Assembly (NCBI GenBank): GCA_051439425.1
Contig: JBFRWD010000075.1
Span: forward strand, 14,069 to 78,068
DNA from: Synechococcus sp.
Lineage (GTDB): Bacteria > Cyanobacteriota > Cyanobacteriia > Thermostichales > PCC-7336
Direction of reading: 5' to 3'
Length of the DNA stretch: 64,000 nucleotides
Shown here: piece after piece, positions 15,698 through 25,200 of the stretch
Layout: every line of letters begins with the position of its first letter
How positions within the stretch are numbered: position 1 is the stretch's first letter
Program-made: the position numbers and the translations under genes
The notes under the pieces: model-generated
Databases searched by the model: none
Told to the model about the DNA's origin: nothing
Seen by the model: the letters and a program-made list of their open reading frames with translations, nothing else

Positions 15698-15828
15698 TGT
15701 AGTGGAGGAGGACTCGAACCTCCAGATGACGCAGTTCCCTACGATAACCCTCACTCTTCGACCCAATGGGTAAGAAATTGAATAAGGTAACTCGACTGCC
15801 GCCTTTACCAATTTGGCCACCCACTACA
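15698..15828 (-). ncRNA. tRNA-shaped Y-like RNA, copy A
   Basis: (UG)UAGUGGG-UGGCCAAAUUGGUAAAGGCG-GCAGU-[...CCUUAUUC-AAUUUC-UU-ACCC-AUU-GGGU-C-GA-A-GAGUGAGG-GUUAUCG...]-ACUGC-GUCAUCU-GGAGG-UUCGAGU-CCUCC-UCCACUA-(CA). Confidence 0.85.
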
Positions 15829-16015
15829 GGTGTTTGACTTGATAGTGGTGCGATGAAGTGTGTTTGGCTTGCGCCGCCCGTCCCTCATCGACATCCCAAG
15901 ACTAAGAGCCACTTGCCCCCCTATTCGAATGCAGCTCAAAACCCGGCCAACGCAGACTGGATAAGAGATGGGAGTTAGGGGGGAGGTGTGAAGTTGGGGG
16001 GCCCCCCTAACTTTG

Positions 16016-19000
16016 TTAGTGGAATTGCTGTTGGGATATTGGAGACTGAGCGACTCGATCTTGCGGGCGGGCAAATCGGTGCTTGGTGCGATCGTAGATT
16101 TCGTAGCGATTGCGGCCGCCTGTTTTTGCTGCGTACATGGCGGCATCTGCGTCGCGCAAAATCTCGGCTGGCGAGTTATACCTCGGATTACCGAGCGCTA
16201 TGCCAATGCTGGTGCTGGTGGAAAGTTGGCGATCGCCAATCACGACGGGTTGCATCACTGCCGTGAGAATGCGCTCGGCGGTTTGCTGGATGCCGACAGT
16301 ACTCTCCAAGTCATCCAGCAAAATTGTAAACTCGTCTCCCCCCAACCGAGAGACTGTATCCCCCGTGCGTACGCACTGCTGCAAGCGCTGAGCAATGGTG
16401 CGCAACAGCCGGTCTCCTGCGGCGTGACCGAGGGTATCGTTCACCGATTTAAATCGATCCAGGTCGAGGAACAGAACGGCGTATTGTTCGCTGAGACGGC
16501 GTTTGCTCCGTTCGATCGCCTGTCCCAGCCGATCGTTAAAGAGCGATCGATTGGGCAATCCGGTTAAGGGATCGTGGAAGGCGTGGAACCGTAGCTCTTG
16601 CTCCATCACCTTGCGAGTTGTGATGTCTTCCACCGTGCCGACATAGTACAAAAGCTGACCGGAACTATCCTGCACAGCCCGCCAATTTTCACTCACCCAA
16701 AATGTGTTGCCGTCGCGGTGGCGCACCTCAGATTCGTAAGCTTCCACTGCAAAATCTGTTGCCAATTGCTGCAGCAATTGCTGGCGCTGTTGAGAGTCAA
16801 CGTAGAGCAGCTGGTGAACGTTTGCCACCGATGCCATCATTTGGGCTGGACTTTCGTAGCCGTACATGGCGGCCAGTGCAGGATTTGCCCCGATCAACTG
16901 CCCGTCTGGGGCGACTTGGAAGATTCCCTCTAGTGCTTGCTCGAAAATGCTGCGATATTTGGCTTCTGCTTGTTGCAGGGCGTCCTGGGCCTGCTGTCGC
17001 TCGGTGATGTCGTTGCCCACGTACAGTACGCACAACTCACCGGACAATTCAATCAAATTCGCTGACAGCAATAGAGTGCGGGTATTGCCAGAATGTTGCT
17101 TGAACTCCACCTCCAGATTGCGGACAACACCATCTGTTTTCAGCCGTCTAAAAATCTCCCTTCGGGTCAGATCGCGGTGCCACAAGCCCAATTCTTTAGC
17201 GGTGCGCCCGATCGCCGCCTCCCGCTCTAATTTGCAGATGCTGAGGAAGCTGTCGTTAACCTCCAACAATTTGCCGGAGCGTACTGCCACAATGGCCACC
17301 GGACTGGAGCTGGATTTAAAGGCGGCGGCGAACTTTTCTTCCGATTGTCGTAGGGCTATTTCCGCATGCTTGCGCTCGGTGGTATCGCGAGCGACTAACA
17401 GGGCTGTGGTGGCTCCAGCAGGTGAAATTCGTCCGGAAAAGCATCTCTTTTGCCCGTTAATCTCCAACTGGTATTCCAGATCGGTGGTTTCGTTGCGATC
17501 GATCGCGGCTTGAATCGCCGTCAAACAGCGATTGCTATCATCGTCACTAATCAGATGTTGGAGGTGAATGCGCAATAGCTCTTCGGAAGGGGAGATGGGA
17601 GAGGAGGGATCGCTGGAGGTGATGTGGGTGTAGCGACCGACGCGATCGAACATCAGAATCACTTCGGTCATGGCGGAGAACACCACCCGCATGTGTCGTT
17701 CGGCGGCTTCCAGAGTAGCGGTGCGCTGCTGTACCCGATGCTCTAGTTCTACGTTGGTGGTGGCGAGGCGATCGATCGTGCCGCGCAATTGTGTGGCCAG
17801 TCCTTTGACAGAGGTGGAGAGAATTTCAAGCTCCGAGATCGTGCTGTGGGGAACAGCTAAGTCCAAAGCATTTGGGCCACCGGCCGCCATTTTTCGCGCC
17901 ACCGAGCTGAGTTCGTGGATGGAGCGAGCCATCCACCGGGCCGTCGCATTGCCGAACACGATGGCTAGTAACAGGGCGACTAAATACAGTGCTAGGGTGT
18001 CCCGCATGCTGCGACTGAGAGTACCGATTAGATCGGAGCTGGGGATGGCCACGATCATGAGCCAATCCAATCCCAGATCTCCTTTCATGGAGTCAACCTG
18101 AACGTAATAGGTTTCTCCGGCTGGGTCGCGAACCAATCCTTGAAAGGCGTCAACGGCTGCGTAGCTGCCAAATTCGTTGAGGAGGTGTTGCTCCACCGCT
18201 TGCATGTAGCTGTTGCTGCTGTCCGATACTGTGAACGGAGTTGGGGTTTCGCCCTCCGCGATCTGAGGAAACGTGTCTGCTTGGGAGCTGGCGACCACCG
18301 AGCCGCTGCGCTCTAGGATGATGGCCTCGCCCCGCTCGCCAATTTGCAATTCAGTTAGGAAGTCATCCAGTTGCGACAGAGTGATGTCCACCGCCAGGAC
18401 CCCATCAAGTTGATTGTTGCTGTCGCGGATGGGGATAGTGGGGGTAACGCCTCGCACCGGCTGGGCCGCAAAGTAGTAGATCGGAGACCAGGTGGGGCCG
18501 TTACTTTCCCTGGCAGACTCGTACCATGGCCGGATTCGCGGATCGTAACTATCCGTTCTCAGAAGAGTTTCTGGCTCGCCGTTGCTATCTAACTGATAAA
18601 TTTCGCGGGTGGGGGCGATGTCGGATGTGACGCGGTAGGAGAGGGGCTCGTCTTCACTTTGAGTGACGAGTATAAACTGGCCGGATTCATCACCGTAGTA
18701 CATCGTACGGACAGATTCTTCTAACCGTACGACTTGATAGAAGTAGCGTTGTAGGTCCTCGAAATTACTGGGATCGATTTGGCCGGTGGAGATGGCCGCT
18801 TGCGTGATTTGCAAAAAGGTGTGGGGCTGCTTGGCAAAATCAATCAGGTGATGTTCGATATGTTCGGTTGCTTCGGAACTCAGCTCGAAGGCGAGCGATC
18901 GCACGGCTCGCTGGCCGTTATAGAACGATAGGGCACCGGTAAAACCAGTGACCAGGACGATTTGTAGCAGGAAGGGTGCTACCAGCGCTTGCTGGAGAGA

Positions 19001-19045
19001 GAGCCTGGACAACCTACGTTTGATGGGATGGTCGTTCGCCATCAT
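16016..19045 (-). CDS. Membrane-bound diguanylate cyclase (dCache-HAMP-PAS x3-GGDEF)
   Basis: Two TMs flanking a Cache domain (YDPRIRPWY), PAS/PAC repeats, HDPLTGLPNR, FLDLDRFK, RLGGDEF. Confidence 0.92.
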   Translation of the reverse strand: MMANDHPIKRRLSRLSLQQALVAPFLLQIVLVTGFTGALSFYNGQRAVRSLAFELSSEATEHIEHHLIDFAKQPHTFLQITQAAISTGQIDPSNFEDLQRYFYQVVRLEESVRTMYYGDESGQFILVTQSEDEPLSYRVTSDIAPTREIYQLDSNGEPETLLRTDSYDPRIRPWYESARESNGPTWSPIYYFAAQPVRGVTPTIPIRDSNNQLDGVLAVDITLSQLDDFLTELQIGERGEAIILERSGSVVASSQADTFPQIAEGETPTPFTVSDSSNSYMQAVEQHLLNEFGSYAAVDAFQGLVRDPAGETYYVQVDSMKGDLGLDWLMIVAIPSSDLIGTLSRSMRDTLALYLVALLLAIVFGNATARWMARSIHELSSVARKMAAGGPNALDLAVPHSTISELEILSTSVKGLATQLRGTIDRLATTNVELEHRVQQRTATLEAAERHMRVVFSAMTEVILMFDRVGRYTHITSSDPSSPISPSEELLRIHLQHLISDDDSNRCLTAIQAAIDRNETTDLEYQLEINGQKRCFSGRISPAGATTALLVARDTTERKHAEIALRQSEEKFAAAFKSSSSPVAIVAVRSGKLLEVNDSFLSICKLEREAAIGRTAKELGLWHRDLTRREIFRRLKTDGVVRNLEVEFKQHSGNTRTLLLSANLIELSGELCVLYVGNDITERQQAQDALQQAEAKYRSIFEQALEGIFQVAPDGQLIGANPALAAMYGYESPAQMMASVANVHQLLYVDSQQRQQLLQQLATDFAVEAYESEVRHRDGNTFWVSENWRAVQDSSGQLLYYVGTVEDITTRKVMEQELRFHAFHDPLTGLPNRSLFNDRLGQAIERSKRRLSEQYAVLFLDLDRFKSVNDTLGHAAGDRLLRTIAQRLQQCVRTGDTVSRLGGDEFTILLDDLESTVGIQQTAERILTAVMQPVVIGDRQLSTSTSIGIALGNPRYNSPAEILRDADAAMYAAKTGGRNRYEIYDRTKHRFARPQDRVAQSPISQQQFH

Positions 19046-19372
19046 GGAGTTCGAATGGTGAGGTAGAGACAGTTAATCCCCTTGGGGAAAATCGGAAGGT
19101 TCAACGAATGAGACTGATAATCATTTGCAAATGCACCTGCGTCCACATGTAATCGGTGAAATCGAGTCAACCGAGCCCAATAGTAGAAGTCTAATGACTA
19201 GCCAGCGCACCAGACCTGCTGGAAACATCTGTTCCGTGTTGGCCTTGGTTTATCACCTGTCGCGATACGACCTGGAAAACCTCCGGATGGATAACTAACC
19301 TGCAAGTCAGCGATCGAGAAAAAGACGCCAAGAACACGTATCTGACTGAAGACCGAAGCCCATCCCTACTCC

Positions 19373-20116
19373 TCATACTAAATACGGCAACATAAAATCC
19401 AATGTCTGTTGCTTGAGGTAGTGATGGGCTACAGCCAGTTCACCAAACCGGATGGAGCAAATTCGTTGAGTCGATAAAACCCTAGAGATCTGCTCTTCTG
19501 TGAGCAACTTGGCTGCTTTGAAATACTGACCAATTGGTTGACGTTCGACTTCTGCGGCGATTTGATACAGAGTTTCTGCAAAAAAGTCAGCTGTGCCCTG
19601 GTCGATCCAACCTCTTAAGGCCAGGATTTCACCGAATTTGAGATCGGTGCGATCCCGAGCATCCCTCAAGGCTACTTCCACATGGTGAGCGTTAATCAAC
19701 CCCGCACGAACCAAGCTTTCTCCTAGTAATAACTTATCCGGTTGCAGTTGCGCGCGCGCTGATGCAGAGGCCGGTTGGGGGGCAATGTAAACGGGGAGGG
19801 TATCCGACTGGTCAGAATTTGACTGCAACCTGCGGGTCATATGGGAACCTCGTTCGCTTGCATGAGAGCAAGATTGAGTCCGAAGATCACTAGATGCCTG
19901 CAAAGAAGCATCCCACTGCTTGAGTACGGTTTTAGCAATGAAGGGGCTGATACCCTCCACTTTGTTTAGGCGTCGTTTGGCAACCTTATATCTGATGGTG
20001 TGGGGAATGTCCGTTCGCGTTTTGTAGAAGGTTTCAATTTCGCCGAGGGGATCTCTGATTGTCTCACACCAATCAGAACGCCTCGATGATAGGAACCAGG
20101 AGAAGAGTGACAACAT
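19373..20116 (-). CDS. Hypothetical protein with MshEN-like (GSPII_E N-terminal) motifs
   Basis: LLGESLVRAGLI...ALRD, KFGEILALRGWI, PIGQYFKAAKLLTEEQI..L..Q, RFGELAV. Confidence 0.6.
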   Translation of the reverse strand: MLSLFSWFLSSRRSDWCETIRDPLGEIETFYKTRTDIPHTIRYKVAKRRLNKVEGISPFIAKTVLKQWDASLQASSDLRTQSCSHASERGSHMTRRLQSNSDQSDTLPVYIAPQPASASARAQLQPDKLLLGESLVRAGLINAHHVEVALRDARDRTDLKFGEILALRGWIDQGTADFFAETLYQIAAEVERQPIGQYFKAAKLLTEEQISRVLSTQRICSIRFGELAVAHHYLKQQTLDFMLPYLV

Positions 20117-20391
20117 GTTCCTTCAGCTCGAAAAGCCTTCAGGCGACACCTCACACACACTTACACCATATGAAATTTATTTTTTGGATGCCTGTTAATA
20201 TTCATTGAGTTACCGCTATTCGTTGTCATGAATGACGGTCGCGATTGTGGTTCTCCGTCCAAGATCGACGAGAATGCCGATGAAATTGTTTGATAAGACA
20301 CTGGCTTTGAAACAGGCTTATATTGTTCTGTTGTAGTCAAGTCTTCAAAAAATAGGTATTCACCTGCAATTCTTGCGAGTGGAGATGAGAA

Positions 20392-21345
20392 CTAGCTGAC
20401 CAAATATGCGTGCAAGCCGTGCTGTTGCTGGCGTAACTTTTTGAGGGCTGCCCGTTCGATCTGGCGGACGCGTTCGGGGCTGAGGTCGAGGATGGCGGCG
20501 ATTTTTCTTAGGGTGAGGCCTTTGCTGCCGCTATCGAGGCCGTAGCGCAAGGAGAGAACCGTTTGCTCGTTGGGGTTGAGCTTGTCCATCAGGGCGGTGA
20601 TGTCGGCTTTGAGGCTGCGCTGCAGCACGTAGTCTTCGGCGGAAGTACGGGTGTCTTCTAGCAGGTCGCCGAGTTCGGTGTCGCCGCTGTCGCCAACGCG
20701 CACATCTAAGGAAATGGGCAGGCGGGAGTAACGTAGGTAGCTACGGACGTCTTCGGGCTTGAGTTTGGTCTCGGCTGCTAGTTCTTCGACATTGGCGGCG
20801 CGGCCCAGCTTCTGGCCCAGTGTACGCTGGGCTTTTTTGAGCTTGTTGAGCTTCTCGACGATGTGGACGGGGAGGCGGATGGTGCGGCTGGTTTGGGAAA
20901 TGGAGCGGGTAATGGCTTGGCGAATCCACCAGTAGGCGTAGGTGGAGAAACGGTAGCCTTTGCCGGGATCGAATTTTTCGACACCCCGTTGCAGGCCGAT
21001 ATTGCCTTCTTGGATCAGGTCGAGGAAATCGACACCGCGATTCAGATATTTTTTCGCGACAGAGACCACCAGGCGCAGGTTGGCTTCTACCATGCGGTTT
21101 TTGGCGCGATCGCCCCGCTTAAGTGTTTGCTTGAGCTCGAGAACTTCCATACCCGCTTTAGTAGCCCACTCTGAATGGGTGGGTTGGCGATCGAGGGTGT
21201 CTGCTAGCTCAGCTTTTAGTGCTTCCAACTGCATGAGCTGCTGGACTTGATTGCCGTATTGGATTTCTTGTTCGTGGGTCAGCATGGGGATGCGGCCCAT
21301 GGCTTGGAGGTAGTCTCTGACGGTATCTGCTTTGAGGGGTTTCAT
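20392..21345 (-). CDS. Group 2 RpoD/SigA-family sigma factor
   Basis: DTVRDYLQAMGRIPML, MVEANLRLVVSVAKKY, DLIQEGNIGL, FSTYAYWWIRQAITR, ERVRQIE. No region 1.1. Confidence 0.95.
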   Translation of the reverse strand: MKPLKADTVRDYLQAMGRIPMLTHEQEIQYGNQVQQLMQLEALKAELADTLDRQPTHSEWATKAGMEVLELKQTLKRGDRAKNRMVEANLRLVVSVAKKYLNRGVDFLDLIQEGNIGLQRGVEKFDPGKGYRFSTYAYWWIRQAITRSISQTSRTIRLPVHIVEKLNKLKKAQRTLGQKLGRAANVEELAAETKLKPEDVRSYLRYSRLPISLDVRVGDSGDTELGDLLEDTRTSAEDYVLQRSLKADITALMDKLNPNEQTVLSLRYGLDSGSKGLTLRKIAAILDLSPERVRQIERAALKKLRQQQHGLHAYLVS

Positions 21346-21471
21346 GTGAAGACTTGAAAAGAGGGTTGAGGGAGCAGCGAAACCGAAATCGCAATGTTAA
21401 TGAAAGGGTATTATGTGATGCCGATGTTACCGAATGTTGGGAGTGCTTGTTGTATCGGTTGTGGCGGGTTT

Positions 21472-21485
21472 GTAGTAACTAATAC
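21472..21485. promoter_or_regulatory. Possible NtcA box upstream of the sigma factor
   Basis: GTA-gtaactaa-TAC (GTA-N8-TAC), about 127 bp upstream of the ATG. No canonical -10 at the class II spacing. Confidence 0.3.
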
Positions 21486-21510
21486 CCAAGAATGTGTTTG
21501 AGGACCTCCT

Positions 21511-22167
21511 TCAAACGAGAGGCTCTAGGGTGGCGGCGATGACTTGGTGGTCGGGATCTTTGCGCAGGGTGGCGAGGGAGGCTTTGGCGGCTGGGGTATC
21601 GAAGTGGGCTAGGGAACGGGCAGCGTTGGCGCGGGTTTCGGCATCCTTCGATTCTGCTGCTTGGAGAAGGATAGTTTGGGCGCTTTCCTCGTATTGTGTG
21701 CCGCTGAGGCGTTTGAGGGATTGGTAGGCAATTTGTCGAACGACGGGGTCGGGGTCTTGGGTGCCGGTGCGGCAGAGTCTGGAGAGAACGTCTAGGTTAT
21801 CGAAGTCTTCGAGGGCGGCGAAGATGCTTTGGCGGACGAGCCAGTGGGGATGTTGATTAAAGATGATTTCGAGGTGGGGGAGGGATCGCTCTCCGAATTT
21901 GGCGAGGGCGTTGGCGGCTTCGGCGATGACGTTGCTGTCGGTTTCGCGGGCAACGATTTCTAGGAGGGCTTCGTAGCCTTCTTCGGGTTGCGTGTGGCCG
22001 AGGCCCATGGCGACGCAGGAGCGGATGAGGAATTCTTTGTCGTACATCCGTTTGACGAGCAGGGGGACGGCGTCTTCGGGCTCGTGGTGGCGCAGTTCGG
22101 TGATGCCTTTCATGCGCTGCTGGGGATCGGAGCTGTCGAGGAGGGTGGCGATTTGCTGCAAGTACAT
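21511..22167 (-). CDS. HEAT-repeat protein (PBS lyase/NblB-like)
   Basis: Repeated D.D..VR..AA.AL helical repeats. Confidence 0.85.
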   Translation of the reverse strand: MYLQQIATLLDSSDPQQRMKGITELRHHEPEDAVPLLVKRMYDKEFLIRSCVAMGLGHTQPEEGYEALLEIVARETDSNVIAEAANALAKFGERSLPHLEIIFNQHPHWLVRQSIFAALEDFDNLDVLSRLCRTGTQDPDPVVRQIAYQSLKRLSGTQYEESAQTILLQAAESKDAETRANAARSLAHFDTPAAKASLATLRKDPDHQVIAATLEPLV

Positions 22168-22196
22168 GAGGAGTGATGGCTAGTTCACTCATTTAT

Positions 22197-22214
22197 TTTA
22201 CATAAGTTTACATA
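22197..22214. promoter_or_regulatory. HLR1 (RpaB-binding) direct repeat
   Basis: TTTACATA-ag-TTTACATA matches (G/T)TTACA(T/A)(T/A)-N2 repeat consensus, 30 bp upstream of the HEAT gene. Confidence 0.6.
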
Positions 22215-22293
22215 AATAGGCCAATCAGTAATTTTGATGGATGTATTGCTGGGGTTGGGGAATTGCTGTTGGCGATGAGTCTTGAGGGGGAGT

Positions 22294-25200
22294 TTATGAG
22301 CTGTGATCTATTGCTCCGAGGGATAGTAGGTTATCTCGTTGGGCGTCGGTGAGACCTTTTACTGCGGTTATGTTGGCTCCAGCGCAGGGGCGATGGTCAA
22401 TTGTCGAGACGCAGGCTCCAGTACGCAAATCCCAAAGCTTTACAGTCTCATCGAGACTGCAACTCGCTAGGATGCCGCTAGAGGCATCGAAACAGAGTTC
22501 ACGAACGCCGCCTGAATGCCCTGTCAACGAATCAATATGCCTTCCGTCGACTATGTTCCATAGCTTTATGGTCTTGTCATTGCTGGCAGTCGCTATTACG
22601 TTGTTGCCAACAAAACAAATCGAATTTACATAGCTACTATGGCCGTGAATGTGTCTTTCAAAAAGAATGTGCTGGTCAGGATTTGGCCTGATGCTCCATA
22701 TTTTTATTGAGTTGTCTTCGCTGCCTGTTGCGATCAAACCTCCCTCTCTAGAGAAAGCTAGACAAGAAACTCTTTGATCGTGAATGTCAGAAACAATTAA
22801 AGGCTTTAATTCTGTTCTCAAAAACCTCAACACCAATTTCTTGTCTTCCCCTACGCTGGCTAATATTCGGCTGCAAGGACTAAATACAACTGCTCTAACT
22901 GTTTTGTCATGCTCTTTAAATGTTTCAACGCATTTCCAAGTGTCTATATCCCAGAGTTTGACTGACTTGTCGTTGCTTCCACTTGCTAGATAGTTTCCAT
23001 CTGAACTGAAAGCAACGCTTCTAATCCAGTTGGAATGCTCATCTAAAGATATTTCTTTTTTACCCGTTTCTACATTCCAGATGGTGATGTCTCCTCCATC
23101 ACATCCGCTGGCTAATAACACTGAATTTGGATGAAAATCAGTGGTTCTCACCGATCCTTGATGGCCGGTAAAAGACTTAATGCATTGGCCAGTATTTATA
23201 TCCCAATATCTAATTACTTTGTCTTCTGTCGCACTTACAAATCTATTTTTCCTAAAGGCAATCGACCATACCCAGCTTGTGTGTCCCTGGAGAGTAGTGT
23301 GACAGGTCAAAGAATTCAAATCACATACCTTGACGGATTTATCTTCACTGCCACTAGCAAGAAGAGAGTTGCTCGGATTGAGAGCAACAGACCTTACCCA
23401 GTTATTGTGTTTGAGAAGAGTTTGCTCGCACCTATTCAGCTCTACATCCCACTTTCTAACCGTTCTGTCTTCACTCCCACTTATAATGTATTTCCCATCT
23501 GAACTAATTGTAATTGACCAAATAGGCATGGAGTGTCCAATGAGCAGTGAAGTGCATTCCCAATTATCGATATTCCATACTCTTATTGATGTATCTTCGC
23601 CTCCACTGGCGAGAATTCTTCTTCTTGGCGAGTATGCAAGTGCTAGGATTGAACCCGAATGCTCTCTTAAGGTTTTCTTGCATTCACAACGGCTTAAATC
23701 CCAGATTTTAATTGTTCCATCTTGACTTCCACTAGCCAAATACTGACCATCTGCGATAAATGCAACCGATCTAACAGGATGTTCATGTCCATTTAGAAGA
23801 GTTATGTTGTCCCAGTTGCTAACGTCCCACAAACGAATTCTCCCATCATCTCCACTGCTTGCTAATTGTTGTCCGTCTGGACTAAATGAGAGCGCCCTAA
23901 TTGTTCCCTGATGTCTACTTAATTTCTTTAAACATTCCCCAGTATAGGCATCCCATATTCTTATGTCGTGGTCGTAGCTACCGCTTGCCAGCAACTGCTG
24001 TTTTTCTGGGGAGAATGCAATTGTTCGAACCCAGTCTTCATGGCCTTTTAGCACTGTTTCTTGCACTATGCCAGATATATCTGTTTCTTCTTCGATTTTC
24101 CACAGACAGATCTCGTCCCCTTCTGCAGTTGCGAGTAGGCTACCATCACAATTAAATTCAACTTTGATCACTGGAGCAGAAAATTTTCCGACGTTACAGT
24201 CCTGAATCGTGGCACCGTGAAAGTTCACATCACGTAAGCTTGCATCTGTAAAATCTGCTTTCACGATAAGGCAGTTACTTAAATTCTTTCCCTCAAGTAC
24301 ATAAGGATCTAACTTGACTAAAAGATTGACCGCATTACCTCCTGAATATTGACCTATATTCGGTTTCTCAACCTTGGTTTCATTCAAGATGGATAGCAAC
24401 TTAGATTTGATATTCTTGTCAGAAGTTACCATTGGGATAACTAAATCAAAGACTGCTTGAGTTAAAGGAATTGTGCCTAGAGACCTGTGGAGTAACTCCA
24501 TATTCTCTAGGATGAATGTTTTCAATGGAGGGATTGATAAAACTTTACTTTCAGAATCCACTTGTCTCTGGAAGTAAGCAGACCACCTGTAATCAATTTC
24601 TTTCAAATTTTTGTTTATGTATGACTGTGATTTAGAGATATCCAACAAATCACCATTCAGTGCACCGAGTAAAGCCGCCAATCTATATGCAACAAAAAAC
24701 TCAAGAAGAGATCGGTGGCCAGGCATATAGTCACCGGATGCGTTCCGAATTAGCATTGAATTTCCGGCCATATCATAACGCCAGTAATCTAGTTCCTTTG
24801 GTTTCACCAATATTGGGCCAAATAGGTTTAGTAGTCGTTCTGGAAACTCCCTGTAGTTCAAGCTCAAACGATTTGTGGAAAGCATTTCCCAAGCTACTTC
24901 ACACAAGAAAAATAACTTATCAGGCAAGGAAGTGAAGGTTCTTTTTGTGGCAATATCTCGTTCCATTTTCCGTCGTGTTGCATACAAGTAAACACGAGTA
25001 ATATCAACAATCTTTCCTGCCTCAATTTCTGGCAATGCTTCTAGCACTAATTCCACCATTACCGGCCTTCGTAACAAGTCCAGCAGTTGTTCATTTCTCA
25101 TTATCTCGCTGATGTATTGTGATTTAGTTCGTTTGTCCAATACATTTCTGATCTGATCATCATCAAATTTTAATAGTTCCAGTACCTCGAAATATGGTGG

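Noticed and set aside
15247..15824. ORF-track ORFs over the RNA array and the N-terminal extension of Rsr to 15339
   Set aside because: No protein features, and they overlap clearly structured RNAs. ATG 15246 has an RBS and precedes the TROVE N-terminal motif.
15301..15828. Ordinary tRNA genes, or tRNAs with introns spliced by RtcB
   Set aside because: No 7-nt anticodon loop with U33 and a matching stem can be rebuilt by removing the insert. The inserts are far too short for group I introns and share a Y-RNA-like motif.
15301..15828. CRISPR array or tmRNA
   Set aside because: Only an 8-nt motif is identical and there is no repeat-spacer regularity or cas gene. The units are too short for tmRNA and have no tag ORF.
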